A stretch of 64,000 bases of DNA, from contig LSRY02000037.1 of assembly GCA_001643675.2 (NCBI GenBank), forward strand, positions 248,001-312,000, given 5' to 3'. This document shows positions 1-13,545 of the stretch, in pieces; position 1 is the first letter of the stretch, and each line of letters starts with the position of its first letter. Both the position numbers and the translations under genes were made by a program. The notes beneath the pieces are model-generated. The model worked only from the letters and a program-made list of their open reading frames with translations, searched no databases and was not told the origin of the DNA. The DNA is from Monocercomonoides exilis PA203. Taxonomy: Eukaryota; Protista; Preaxostyla.

Positions 1-381
1 ACATCCCGAGCAATATTAGATTTGCGGTGTGTATTTTGTATCAATGTAACATAATTATTTGTTTATATTTTGCATTTTATTTACAACATTTTAACCTTCT
101 AATGTAATTTCTAAATTTTTTTCATTCAACTTATTTCAACAAACAAATTTTATTTTTTTCACTCTTTTTCTTTCTTTCTTATTTTTTATTTGTTTATTTA
201 AATATAAAACAATGTTTCTATGTATTTTCATTTTCATTCACATATATATTTCTTTCATATTCCTCAGGCTATGCTAACAGTCCCTGGCTCCTCTATCAAA
301 GTTCTTTCTCTCAAAAGGCTTTCTGCTCCTTCCGCGAAAATTGTTCTTTGGGAGTCAGCTGTTGAATGGATTGACATATGA
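1..381 (+). CDS. 3' end of an intron-containing gene entering from the left edge (exon ..26, intron 27-267, last exon 268-381); product unknown
   Basis: GTGTGT donor at 27, T-rich intron and TCCTCAG acceptor at 267. The spliced frame reads IPSNIRFA|AMLTVPGSSIKVLSLKRLSAPSAKIVLWESAVEWIDI to TGA at 379-381, and the exon is GC-richer than its flanks. Confidence 0.5.
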
Positions 382-1354
382 ACATCTTTCTCTTTTATGT
401 CATTTATTCTATTTTTATTAAATTTACTTTATTTTTTGTTTATTTCTATGGAAATTCTATTTATTTATTTATTTATTAATGAATTTCAAAAAGATTGTGA
501 AGTATTGTCTTTGTTGTATGAAAGCTCTTCTTCTTCATTGAAATATCATTTTTATTTAAGTTTGCATTTAACATGTCATTTTATTCCTCATTTCACTTCA
601 CTTTGTTACTCTGCGCTGAGATCAAACTTTTGTTTGTTCAATTTCATTTCATTCTTTTCTTGCATTTTTGAAATTCCAGCTGCTTATTCATTGTTTTATC
701 AAATGTTTTGTTTCATTTCTTTTTCATTGTTAGATTAACGTGTGTTATTTGCAGTAATTACTGAAAGAAAAATATTTTTTTCAGTTTTCAACGCAGTTTT
801 TTGCACGAAATATTCTCATACAGATGTTGAATGAAAAAGAAAAAACAAATGTTTTATTGGAATTATTTTTATTTATTTATTGTTTTTATTGTTTTTATTC
901 TATTCTATTTTTTATCATTCAAAAACGACTAAAAAAATATTTTTTTTAAGTTAAAGTAGATTTCATCCAAAATTAACTTAAGCTGAAAAAAAAGGAACTG
1001 AAAACGAAAGATTCTTGTACTTCAACAGTTTCATAAAAAGAAAACGATCACAGCAATAAAGTCTAAACAAAATATCAAAATGATACGAAAATAGCACACA
1101 AAAAACAATCAAACAGAACACTCATAACAATTTACGTCTCAACAAAACATAAATAAACAGTGAAACGAAAAAAAATAAATGAAAATAAATAAAAATTAAA
1201 AAACTGATAATAATCCAGAAATACTGTTGATAATTTCTTTCTTTTCTTTTTCTTTTTCTTTTTCCTTTTTTTTTAATTAAAAAGAAAAAGAAAAAGAAAA
1301 AGCGAAAGAAAAAAAGAAAAAATAGAAATAAACAAGTATAATCGCAAATTCAAC

Positions 1355-4725
<3,371 letters not shown>

Positions 4726-4926
4726 GCGCAAAAAGCGCTTGCAATGTTTTCCAATTAATAAATAATTTTTTATGGGAAATGTTTTTCAAAAGAGATGGAT
4801 ATCTGTTATAAATTTCATTTGATTAATGCATTCAAATTGTCGTCATCTATATTAAAAAATAACGCATAATACATAATATGGTCACTTCGATCATTTCCCA
4901 TTGTAAGTCAGATCTGTTGAGATTTT
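4726..4926. promoter_or_regulatory. Probable bidirectional promoter between the PLB-like gene and RPL7A
   Basis: Divergent ATGs at 4725 (-) and 4927 (+) are separated by 201 bp of AT-rich sequence; inferred from geometry only. Confidence 0.5.
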
Positions 4927-5946
4927 ATGCCTAAACAAGCTGCAAAAGCTCCAGCGAAGGCTGCTCCAAAGCCAAAAACCAAGAAAGACGAAAAGAAAGT
5001 GGCAAAGAAAGTGGCAGAAAAGCCCAAGGTTAAGGCTGCAGCAAAGCCCACACCCGCAAAGGCTAAGGATACAAAGAAAATGACAACAAAGCCTGTTGTC
5101 AAGGCTAAAGCAGCAAAAGCCACAAAGCAAGCTCCAAAGGATACTAAAAAAACTCAACCAAAGAAGAAGATCGAGAAAAGGAAGAAGACAAAAGAGGAAA
5201 AGACTCTTGACGTTGCATCTCAGATCAAGGAGCATCAATGCATAAAGCGCCCAAGACACTTCCACATTGGCGGAGACCTTCCTCCACCACGAGATTTGAG
5301 CAGAATGGTGAAATGGCCCAGATACATCAGACTCCAAAGAATGAAAAAAATCATGTACACTCGTTTGAAGATTCCGGCAATGATCAACCAATTCACATCA
5401 ACACTTAGCAAGCAAAATGCAAAGAAAGTTTTCAGTCTTATTAAAAAGTATCGTCCAGAAACCGAGACTCAAAAGAAGAAGCGTCTTTTAGCTATGGCAA
5501 AGGCAAAGAAACAAAAGAAAACCGTCAAGCAACAAAAGCCTTTCGTTGTTAAATTTGGTGTTAATCATGTTGCTTCACTTGTTGAGCAAAAGAAGGCAAG
5601 ACTTGTTGTTATTGCCAACGATGTTGATCCAATTGAGCACGTTCTTTGGCTTCCAACTCTTTGCAGAAAGATGGACGTTCCTTATTGCATTGTTAAGAAC
5701 AAAGCTCGTCTCGGACGCGCAGTTCATCTTAAGACTGCAACCTGCCTTGCATTCGTGAATGTTCGCCCAGCAGATAAGCACGAGCTTACAAAGGTCAATG
5801 CAATGTGCAGAGCCAACTACAACAACAAAGCCGAACAAATTGCACGTGCTGTTGGTGGAGGTAAATTAGGTCTGCGTTCATCTATCGCTCTGAAAAAGAG
5901 AGCTGAAGCCCTTAAGAAGGCTTCACTTGATAAACACAAGGCTTAA
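4927..5946 (+). CDS. RPL7A: 60S ribosomal protein eL8 (L7a), intronless, with Lys/Ala/Pro-rich N-terminal extension
   Basis: KRPRHFHIGGDLPPPRDLSRMVKWPRYIRLQR, LKIPAMINQF, KYRPET, GVNHV..LVEQKKA.LVVIANDVDPIE.V.WLPTLCRKM.VPYCIVK.KARLG..VH.KTATC: diagnostic eL8 motifs. TAA stop. Confidence 0.98.
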   Translation: MPKQAAKAPAKAAPKPKTKKDEKKVAKKVAEKPKVKAAAKPTPAKAKDTKKMTTKPVVKAKAAKATKQAPKDTKKTQPKKKIEKRKKTKEEKTLDVASQIKEHQCIKRPRHFHIGGDLPPPRDLSRMVKWPRYIRLQRMKKIMYTRLKIPAMINQFTSTLSKQNAKKVFSLIKKYRPETETQKKKRLLAMAKAKKQKKTVKQQKPFVVKFGVNHVASLVEQKKARLVVIANDVDPIEHVLWLPTLCRKMDVPYCIVKNKARLGRAVHLKTATCLAFVNVRPADKHELTKVNAMCRANYNNKAEQIARAVGGGKLGLRSSIALKKRAEALKKASLDKHKA

Positions 5947-6322
5947 TAATTTTTCTTCTCTTTTCTCAGCAGATCACTAAAAAATAGACATACGTCTGAA
6001 CAAAAATAAGTTTATATTTTTTTTCATTTATACGAAAAAACAAAACATTTCTTATTTAAAAATGAAGCATTTTCCTTCAAAAAAGATTTTTAATATTTGG
6101 AAAATTTGAAAAGGTTTTTTTTTAAGACTAATTTTTATTGAGAACAACCAAATTTATATTTATCACGCTTTTCAGTATGAGTCAATTTAGAAGATTTGAT
6201 AACGATTGAAGGAAAATAAGTTGGAATTAAATTTGAATTGAAATAAAAGAAAAATTCGTGATTCATTATGGTTAATTTTTCTTTAATGAAGTTTCTCCTT
6301 GAATGGCCCATTTTATTCAGTA

Positions 6323-7287
6323 GGGTCAGTAATTTATCATATCCCCTTTTTTTTATCGGGACCTAAATTTTCTGGCTCTCAAGAGCACTTTCAGAAAAAT
6401 ATAAATAATAGAAAATTATTAATATTTTATAATATACTATTTCTGAAAATATTTTTTCAAATTTTAATTTTTGTGAAAAGATCTGGTGTTTTTTGTTTTA
6501 TTTTTAAGATCAAAGACTTGCTCGTATTTTCATGAGCTTTTTGTTTTGAGATTTTTAAGTATTGTTATTGTTATTGAACATAACTTCTTTATAATTTTGG
6601 TTATTTTTCATTGTTTAACACTTCGTTTTTTTACTATTTTTTGCATTTCACTAAATTTCGATAAAATTAAAAATAAAATGTGAAATTAGAGTTAGCATGT
6701 TTTTGTTCATAAAAGAATAGTTAAAAAACTAATTGATATGTGTATCACCAAAATTTTGAAACGAAAAAATATGATTTGAAGTTAAAAACACAAAAATGCA
6801 CAAAAACATGTTTTTTTGAATAATGATCTCGATCATTAAAAATTTAAGATTTTCTTATTTCTGATTACCTTTATTTGTTGATAATTAATATATTTACGCT
6901 TTCAAATTAACGAAAAAACTTATTTATTCAGATGCATTCTTCAATTTGTCGAAATTTAGTGAAATGCAAAAAATAATAAAAAAACGAAGTGTTTAATAAC
7001 AAAAAATAACCAAAAACATAAAAAAGATAAGTTTAATAGCAATATCAACACTCAGAACACTCAAAACAAAAAGCTCATGAAAATACGAGCAAGTCTTTGA
7101 TCTTAAAAATAAAACAAAAAACACCAGATCTTTTCACAAAAATTAAAATTTGAAAAAATATTTTCAGAAATAGTATATTATAAAATATTAATAATTTTCT
7201 ATTATTTATTTTTTTCTGAAAGTGCTCTTGAGAGCCAGAAAATTTAGGTCCCGATAAAAAAAAGGGGATATGATAAATTACTGACCC
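6323..7287. mobile_element. Foldback/MITE-like non-autonomous DNA transposon (~965 bp) with long TIRs
   Basis: GGGTCAGTAATTTATCATATCCCC.. at 6323 is the reverse complement of ..GGGGATATGATAAATTACTGACCC ending 7287. Arms are near-identical for ~230 bp and degenerate to ~345 bp. Flanks fit a TA duplication (or AGT if the ends are 6322/7288). No coding capacity. Confidence 0.9.
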
Positions 7288-7310
7288 TAGTGTACATTCG
7301 TGTGGAATCC

Positions 7311-10300
7311 TTGGATAATGGATGAAATCTGAATAAGACATTTTTATTTGAAAAAAGAAAGTTTATTTGAATAAGAAGCTTTTTATTTCAAATACAGGCA
7401 GTTAATTCGAATAAACACAGTTTATTTGAGAACTGAGCCCTTTATTTGAGTTATTTATTATTGAGGGATATACGATCAAAAAGTGTCAAAAATTTTAAGT
7501 TTCGTGATGTTTCACAGATGTTTTTAAATGTGGATTGAACCTTATAATAACAATTAACTTTCATCTCATGTTAAATTTTGTAAAAACTCTTTGTAAACAG
7601 GAGTTTGAACGGAAAAATAAAATTTATTGACTTGTTAAAAAGAGTTTTTGATTATCAGTAAAGTTATTCTGAAAGAAAATATTTCTTATCGATAAATCAA
7701 AACATATGACGAACAACTGGCTTTAATATGTGTTCAAAAGTGCATGTACTTCCATAAAGGACAAAAATATATTTGACAAAAATAAAGCAGTAAACAGAAA
7801 TGGCAACATAAAAAATTGAAGCAATGAATTGAATATCACTGCTGCATTTCCCAAGATGAGCATCATCAAACACGTTTCGCTCTTCATCAATAATCACTTG
7901 TCAGCAACAAAATCGATTCAAAATGCTTTCCTTTCCCATCGAATTTGCAAACTTTCCATTCAACAATCGTTCCGCTTGAAAACTTTTGATAAAATAGAGA
8001 ACAGAATAACAGACAAGAAAACAACACTGAGCAAAACTGCCTCTTCTTCTTCTTCTCCTCCTTATTCAATTTCATCATCATTATCTTCTTCCTCCTCCTC
8101 TTCTTCTTCTCCTTCGTCACTTACAATGAAATTGCTTGCCAGCAGCCCTGCTGATATCGATTTCAGTGTTGATGTTAATGTAAATGCCCCTTCTATCGAT
8201 CATCTCCTTCAGTCACTCCGCAAACTATTGGCAAACTTCTATCGCATTCTTATCAAACCCGTTCCTCTGCTCCTTCTCCAAAGCAATTCTCATTCATTTC
8301 ACTTTCCTTCTTCCCTCTTCCCTCTTCCCTCTTCCCTCTTCCCTCTTCCCTCTTCCCTCTTCCCTCTTCCCCTCGTCTTCCATTCGTCCAGTCATCTCTC
8401 ACAGCACACTTTCAGCTACTGCTGTGTGTAAAAGAATGTGGATGAAATTGCACCGAAGAAGTTGAACTGAATGACAAATGTGCTCATTTCCATCCTCCTT
8501 TCTGGTTCTTCATTTTTGCAATCGAATTTCTCTCATTGTTCTTCATTCATTCTTTCATTTCCCTTGCTGCTCTTTGAACCATCCTTTTCCTTTCTCCAAT
8601 GCCTCCCAGTCCGTTCATTTTCCATGGCAGCTCAGTAACCAAATCCTGTTAAAAATTAATTGGATACATTTCTTGTGTTTGCCGCAGTTGATCATATCAA
8701 AATAAAATATCGTGTAAATTGCGCTTTTCTTCTTTTTTTCCTTCTTCTTTTCTGATGAAAAATCAAAAGATAAAAAATATTGAAAAATTAAATGAATCAA
8801 TCATACAAACAAACAAACCTTTTAACAACAACAATTTGAATGTCTCTTCATCCATTTTTCCCTTTCCATTGCAAATATCAAATGAATATTTCATGCTTTC
8901 TTCATTTCTTCATCCAAATTGCTTTGCTGCCTCCTCCTCAATAAAGAAAACAATTTGCGAATAATGCTCCTCATTCATCTCTCTGCTTCGATCTCCTTCT
9001 TCTGGTCTGTCATAAATATGAGGTTGAACGAACAACGAAGAAATAATTTCATTTTCATCATCATCAGCAATTTTATGAGTGAAGCAGAGAAGAAAGATGA
9101 AGTTGTTGTTGAAGACGGCTTTATATTACTAAAAAATTCCGCAATCAAATAGAATCAATGATGGCAGGCGAAGGATATTCATCATTGATTGAATGGCAAA
9201 TGGCAGACTTATTATCTTTTCATATCGTTTCTTTGGAATAGTTTCTCAACTGCAGATGAAATAGGTGGTTGAGCAATGAATATATCGGAGAAATATGTAG
9301 AATTTCTTTGGAGAAGGACAATAATATGCTTGGTCGAAAATCATGTTCTGAGGCTCCAACAACGCTTCTCTGGAGGGAACGGAGAATAACTCAAAAGGAT
9401 CAATAAAAAATCATCAAGACTCAATCTGCAAAAAGGCCTGTGAAAGCTTCATCAGATCAATCCATGATATAAAATATTGCATTTCGCTCATATGTGAGGA
9501 CAAACAAATTGCCTTGTTCAAATCAACGGAGAAATTGTGACAAGCAACCAAAAAATCGTCATCAGCTCAAGTCGGCAAAGGCATTGAAGAGAAAATATCG
9601 GATATACGCTTGATCATGCAGCAATACTCCAAATATTCTCACTCCACGTGGTTTGTGAAAGATTCGGTTCTGCATTGTTTTGTAAATAAATATCAAATGA
9701 AAGACAGCATCGGTTGTCGTCCAAAAAAAATAGTGCATGAAATCCATATGGTGGTATTCACATTTGGCGATGTGCAACCAGTATTTCGAGCAATCGCACT
9801 CAATCTTGAATGTTCATGAAAACATCTCGTTTCTTGTTGTTTCCCCTCCTTTCATCCAAAATACAAATTGGAAAGATTCCGTGAAGCTGCTCATGCGCCA
9901 GGCTCTGTTGGTGGATGCTCAGCAACTGCGTGTTTTTTGTGGAACAACTGCAGAAACAATGAGAATGAGGAAATGTAGTGATTTCGAAACAAAACTGTTC
10001 ATTGTTCGTTCCAAAAAAGACATGACATTTTCGTTAATAAAGCAGTAACAAAAACTCTCCTCTTTGTATATGATATCGCGTCGTTGTTCATTTGATACTT
10101 CTTATCAAGTAAATAAAAGGAAAAATCGAAGATTTGGATTTTAATTTCCAACTTATGTTGTGATCAAAGTTGATAAAAATGATTATACAATAAAAAAACT
10201 CAAAAACATATGAAAAGTTATGATAATAAATATAGGAATCATGAAAAAATTCATAAAATATCTTCATTAAACAATAAATCTCAAAATTAAAAGAAAAAAG

Positions 10301-10544
10301 TGCTTGATCATATATTTTTAATAATTTATAAACTGAGAATAACACATGAAAAACATCAAAAACATGTGCAATATTTCCATTATAACATCCTTTTGTTTTT
10401 AATTCGAATCTTTCATGGTTGATTCAAGAAAGCAGCCGTTTATTTGAATAAACGACCTCACATTCAATTATAAGGGGATTTATTCGAATAAAGTCAGATC
10501 ATTCGAATAAAAACTTTTTATTCGCATTTCATCCAATTATCCTC
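7311..10544. mobile_element. Putative degenerate MULE/Mutator-like element with TIRs carrying ~20-bp-spaced TTTATT(C/T)GAATAA subterminal repeats
   Basis: Left GGATAATGGATGAAAT.. (7313) matches the reverse complement of the right end GAGGATAATTGGATGAAAT.. (10544). Both are followed by arrays of TTTATTYGAATAA-like motifs (7340-7450; 10438-10525). No clear TSD. The interior has only decayed ORFs. Confidence 0.5.
8309..8371. repeat. (TCTTCCC)9 heptamer tandem repeat
   Basis: Directly visible; the opposite strand reads (GGGAAGA)n. Confidence 0.9.
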
Positions 10545-11024
10545 GATTGAATTGTCGGTCGACTTGTCGAGTCATATGAAAAATGTCGGTCTATCGCAGA
10601 GGTTTAATAATAATAATTATTATTTATATAATTATTATTATTGTTATTATTAAAATAACTATAATTATAATTATTTTTTTGTGACGGACGAGGCAAAAAA
10701 TGATTTGTTAGGTCAGACAGGCTTAGTCCGCATCATATAATACATCTTGTTCTGTTAGGAATTATTATTTGGCTTTTCTCAGATTTTGTTGATCTGAAAT
10801 TTCCATATTCCGCACACCATTATTTAAAGCAGCCATAACATTTTCTATCAAAAGACAAAGTGTTGATTTATCTCTTGAATCACAAGCCAGAAATGCTTAT
10901 GGACAAAAGAATTGTGTGGACGCTGATATTTATGTGGCTGTTGCGAATATTTATTTTTCATCTGTTTTGTCACATTAAACGTGTGCACAATCGGTGTGAA
11001 TGATAAATTGCGGATGCTATCTGG

Positions 11025-11673
11025 ATGGGCTGCTTTGGAGAAATGCAGGGAATGAATGCCTGCCAAAAATTTGGTGGTTTGTGATCATAGTTGCTTTCAG
11101 GATCATGATGATGGCGTTTCTTTCCATTTTTCTTTGTTTTTGAAGAATTGTTATCCGAGCTGGAAAATTGCGATGAAGACGTGCAAAAGCAGAAGGTTGA
11201 AGAAATGATCGGAGCAATGGACGAAATGGACAGAGAAGAACTCAATTCTGTTTTAACGAAAGAGCTATTCAACAAAATCAACAAAATGATGGAGGAAGGG
11301 AAAATATCAATTGGAAATTCAATTTTGCTGTTGAAGTCCGTGGGATATTGCAAAGTGTTGAAATATTTATATAACACGCGCTTTGATGAATCTTTGTTGC
11401 ACGAACGATTCGAGAAGATGATAAATGATGAAAATGAGAAGAAAAAGGAAGAAAAGGATGAAAAGCTTCTTGCTGATCTTTGCGAATGCTTTCTTTTGCT
11501 TCATGAGAATATTTCAAGAGAACTTGCTTCAATGTGTTTGCCTTGTTTACTGAAAGCTGCCTCAAAGAAAGAGGAAGACGAGGAAACTCAAAAAGAAGTG
11601 GAAATAGCTTTGCTATCTTTGAGTACTATTCGCTATTATGTATGAGCATTTCTATTTTATTTTTGAAATTATT

Positions 11674-11730
<57 letters not shown>

Positions 11731-12486
11731 TATTGTTAGAGATTTGATAAAGAATTGTATTTGGATGAAATCAAAGAGATCATCGAATATCATCAGGAGC
11801 ATCACAACCTCACTCGACTTGCCTATCAGTCTGCTTGGCAGTTTTTGATAAGAAGAATTTTATTTACTAGAAGCTTGGAAGAAGTAGTTATGAATGAACT
11901 GCATTTCGCAAGAGAGGCAAGAAGAGAATTAGAAAAGCTTTCAAAATGTGTTGATGGGAAGAGAAAAGAAGGAGATGGAGGAAAAGAAATTATTATTCGA
12001 AGATGGATCGATGTTATTGATAGACACTTGACCAGGTACACATTGTGGAATGAAGAACTTGCTGGTGTGATAGGCAGCCTTGTTCAGTTATCTCGAGCAT
12101 CAAGAGATAATCACCCAGATACAAGCAAACAATGCTTTTTTATATTTAGAAGAGTAGCGGAACGTGTTATTGTGAAAATTGATAGCTTATTGAAAAGTGG
12201 AGTTGTTGGTGTTGTTTTGGAGGAAATGGAGCAATCAACTTTGAATGATGGAATCATGCGGGATTGTTTGGATTTCTTTTTGATTATTTTAAAAAGATTG
12301 AATAAAGAGGAGAAAGATGAAATGGAAGAAATGAAAAGAAAGGCAATCAAAAGGAAGATATTTGAAAAGATGGAAGAAGAGGGATGTGAAGATGCCATCA
12401 CAAGCTTTCATGAAATATTTTATTTTCTATACAGAAAATTTGATAATTTATCTTTGGATATTTCAGATTATCTTGTGTATTTTTGA
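11025..12486 (+). CDS. Member of the highly expanded Monocercomonoides-type helical hypothetical protein family, ~430 aa; exons 11025-11076, 11146-11639, 11740-12486
   Basis: Family signatures QKFGELLSELENCDEDVQKQKVEEM, EKLLADLCEC, CLLKAA.KKEE.EETQKEVEIALL.LS, ELYLDEIKEII.YHQEHHNLTRLAYQSAWQFL, KRKIFEKMEEEG.ED. Introns GTTTGT..GAAG (11077-11145) and GTATGA..TTAG (11640-11739) restore one frame. The exact start codon is uncertain. Confidence 0.8.
11675..11731. repeat. Compound (CT)n(AT)n microsatellite inside intron 2 of the family gene
   Basis: Directly visible. Confidence 0.9.
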
Positions 12487-12989
12487 GGAAATAAGAGGAA
12501 TTTCACTTTGAGAGTCAAAAAATATGAAGATTTGAGGAATAACCATCCAGTTTTCATTGTTATCCATAATTTTGTTTTGATAATTTCAGCTTTGTAAATC
12601 CATTAAATTGTAATTGAAAATGTTTTGTGAATTTTGAATTGTTTTTTTTTAAAGTTGTAATTTTTTTCTTTTCACAACACACATAGAAAAATTCAACAAG
12701 CTTGATTCTCTTCCTGTTGATTTTTCTTATTTCTTATTATTAATTATATACTTTAAAACAAATGTTCATCTTTCTTGAAAAGTATTGGTATTCTTTGAAA
12801 AAACACATTCATCAATTTTGCACATTAGAATTCCTTCATTTCTAGAGTGAATGAGTATTCTGCACAAAATATCATAAAAAAGGAAACACAAAAAGATGAA
12901 GCGAATATCTATTCAGTTAAATTATTAATACAAAAAATAATCTGGATTATTCTTAATCAAATGAAAATCTCCAAATACACCTTTACATA

Positions 12990-13545
12990 TATAATGGCAC
13001 AACATGATGATGTAATCTTCATTTCCTTCTTCTTTCATTTTTTCAAATACTTTCCTTTTCAACTCTTTTCATTTTGTTTCGTTCGCTTCTCCATCTGTCT
13101 TTTCTTTCGGTCTTTTTGAAAAAATCAAAAGAATAAGTTCCAAGCATTCTTATTCCATTTCTTCATTCCATGCTGATCGATGAATTTCCTCCAAAAAGAA
13201 TTCAAAGACTCCGCCTTTCAACAGTCCATCAACCTCTGCCACTTCTGCTACTCTTCTTTCTTCTGCTATTTTGAGCAAACGAATGAGCATCGGCTTCTCT
13301 GCTTGCCATTTTCTATTGAAAGAATTTTTTGGAACATTTTTGTCAAATCCATTGACATAATCTGCTTCTTCCTCTTCCTCTTCCTCTTCCTCTTCCTCTT
13401 CCTCTTCCTCTTCCTCTTCCTCTTTCTCCTTTTCATTTCTTCTTTCTTCCCAGAAAACAAAAAAAGAACAAGATATCTCCTTTATCTTCAATGCATTCAG
13501 AAGATAAGCCTGCTGAAAATGTTCAACTGCATCTCAACATAATTT
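12990..13545 (-). pseudogene. Decayed paralog (3' part) of the same expanded hypothetical family, tail-to-tail with the intact copy
   Basis: Minus-strand fragments AEERRVAEVAEVDGLLKGGVFEFFLEEIHRSAWNEEM and KRKVFEKMKEEGNED parallel AERVIVKIDSLLKSGVVGVVLEEMEQSTLNDGIM and KRKIFEKMEEEGCED of 11755-12486. The copy is interrupted by stops and a (GAGGAA)n tract. Confidence 0.7.

Noticed and set aside
6299-7341. Two near-identical ORFs on opposite strands (6299-6535 +, 7075-7341 -)
   Set aside because: They are the two arms of the inverted repeat, not genes.
7340-7450. Regularly spaced short palindromic repeats resembling a CRISPR array (also 10438-10525)
   Set aside because: Period is only ~20 bp, the repeats are degenerate, the context is eukaryotic and there are no cas genes; better explained as transposon subterminal repeats.
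10604-10680. Almost pure A/T quasi-palindromic tract
   Set aside because: Simple (AAT)/(ATT) low-complexity sequence; no evidence of function.
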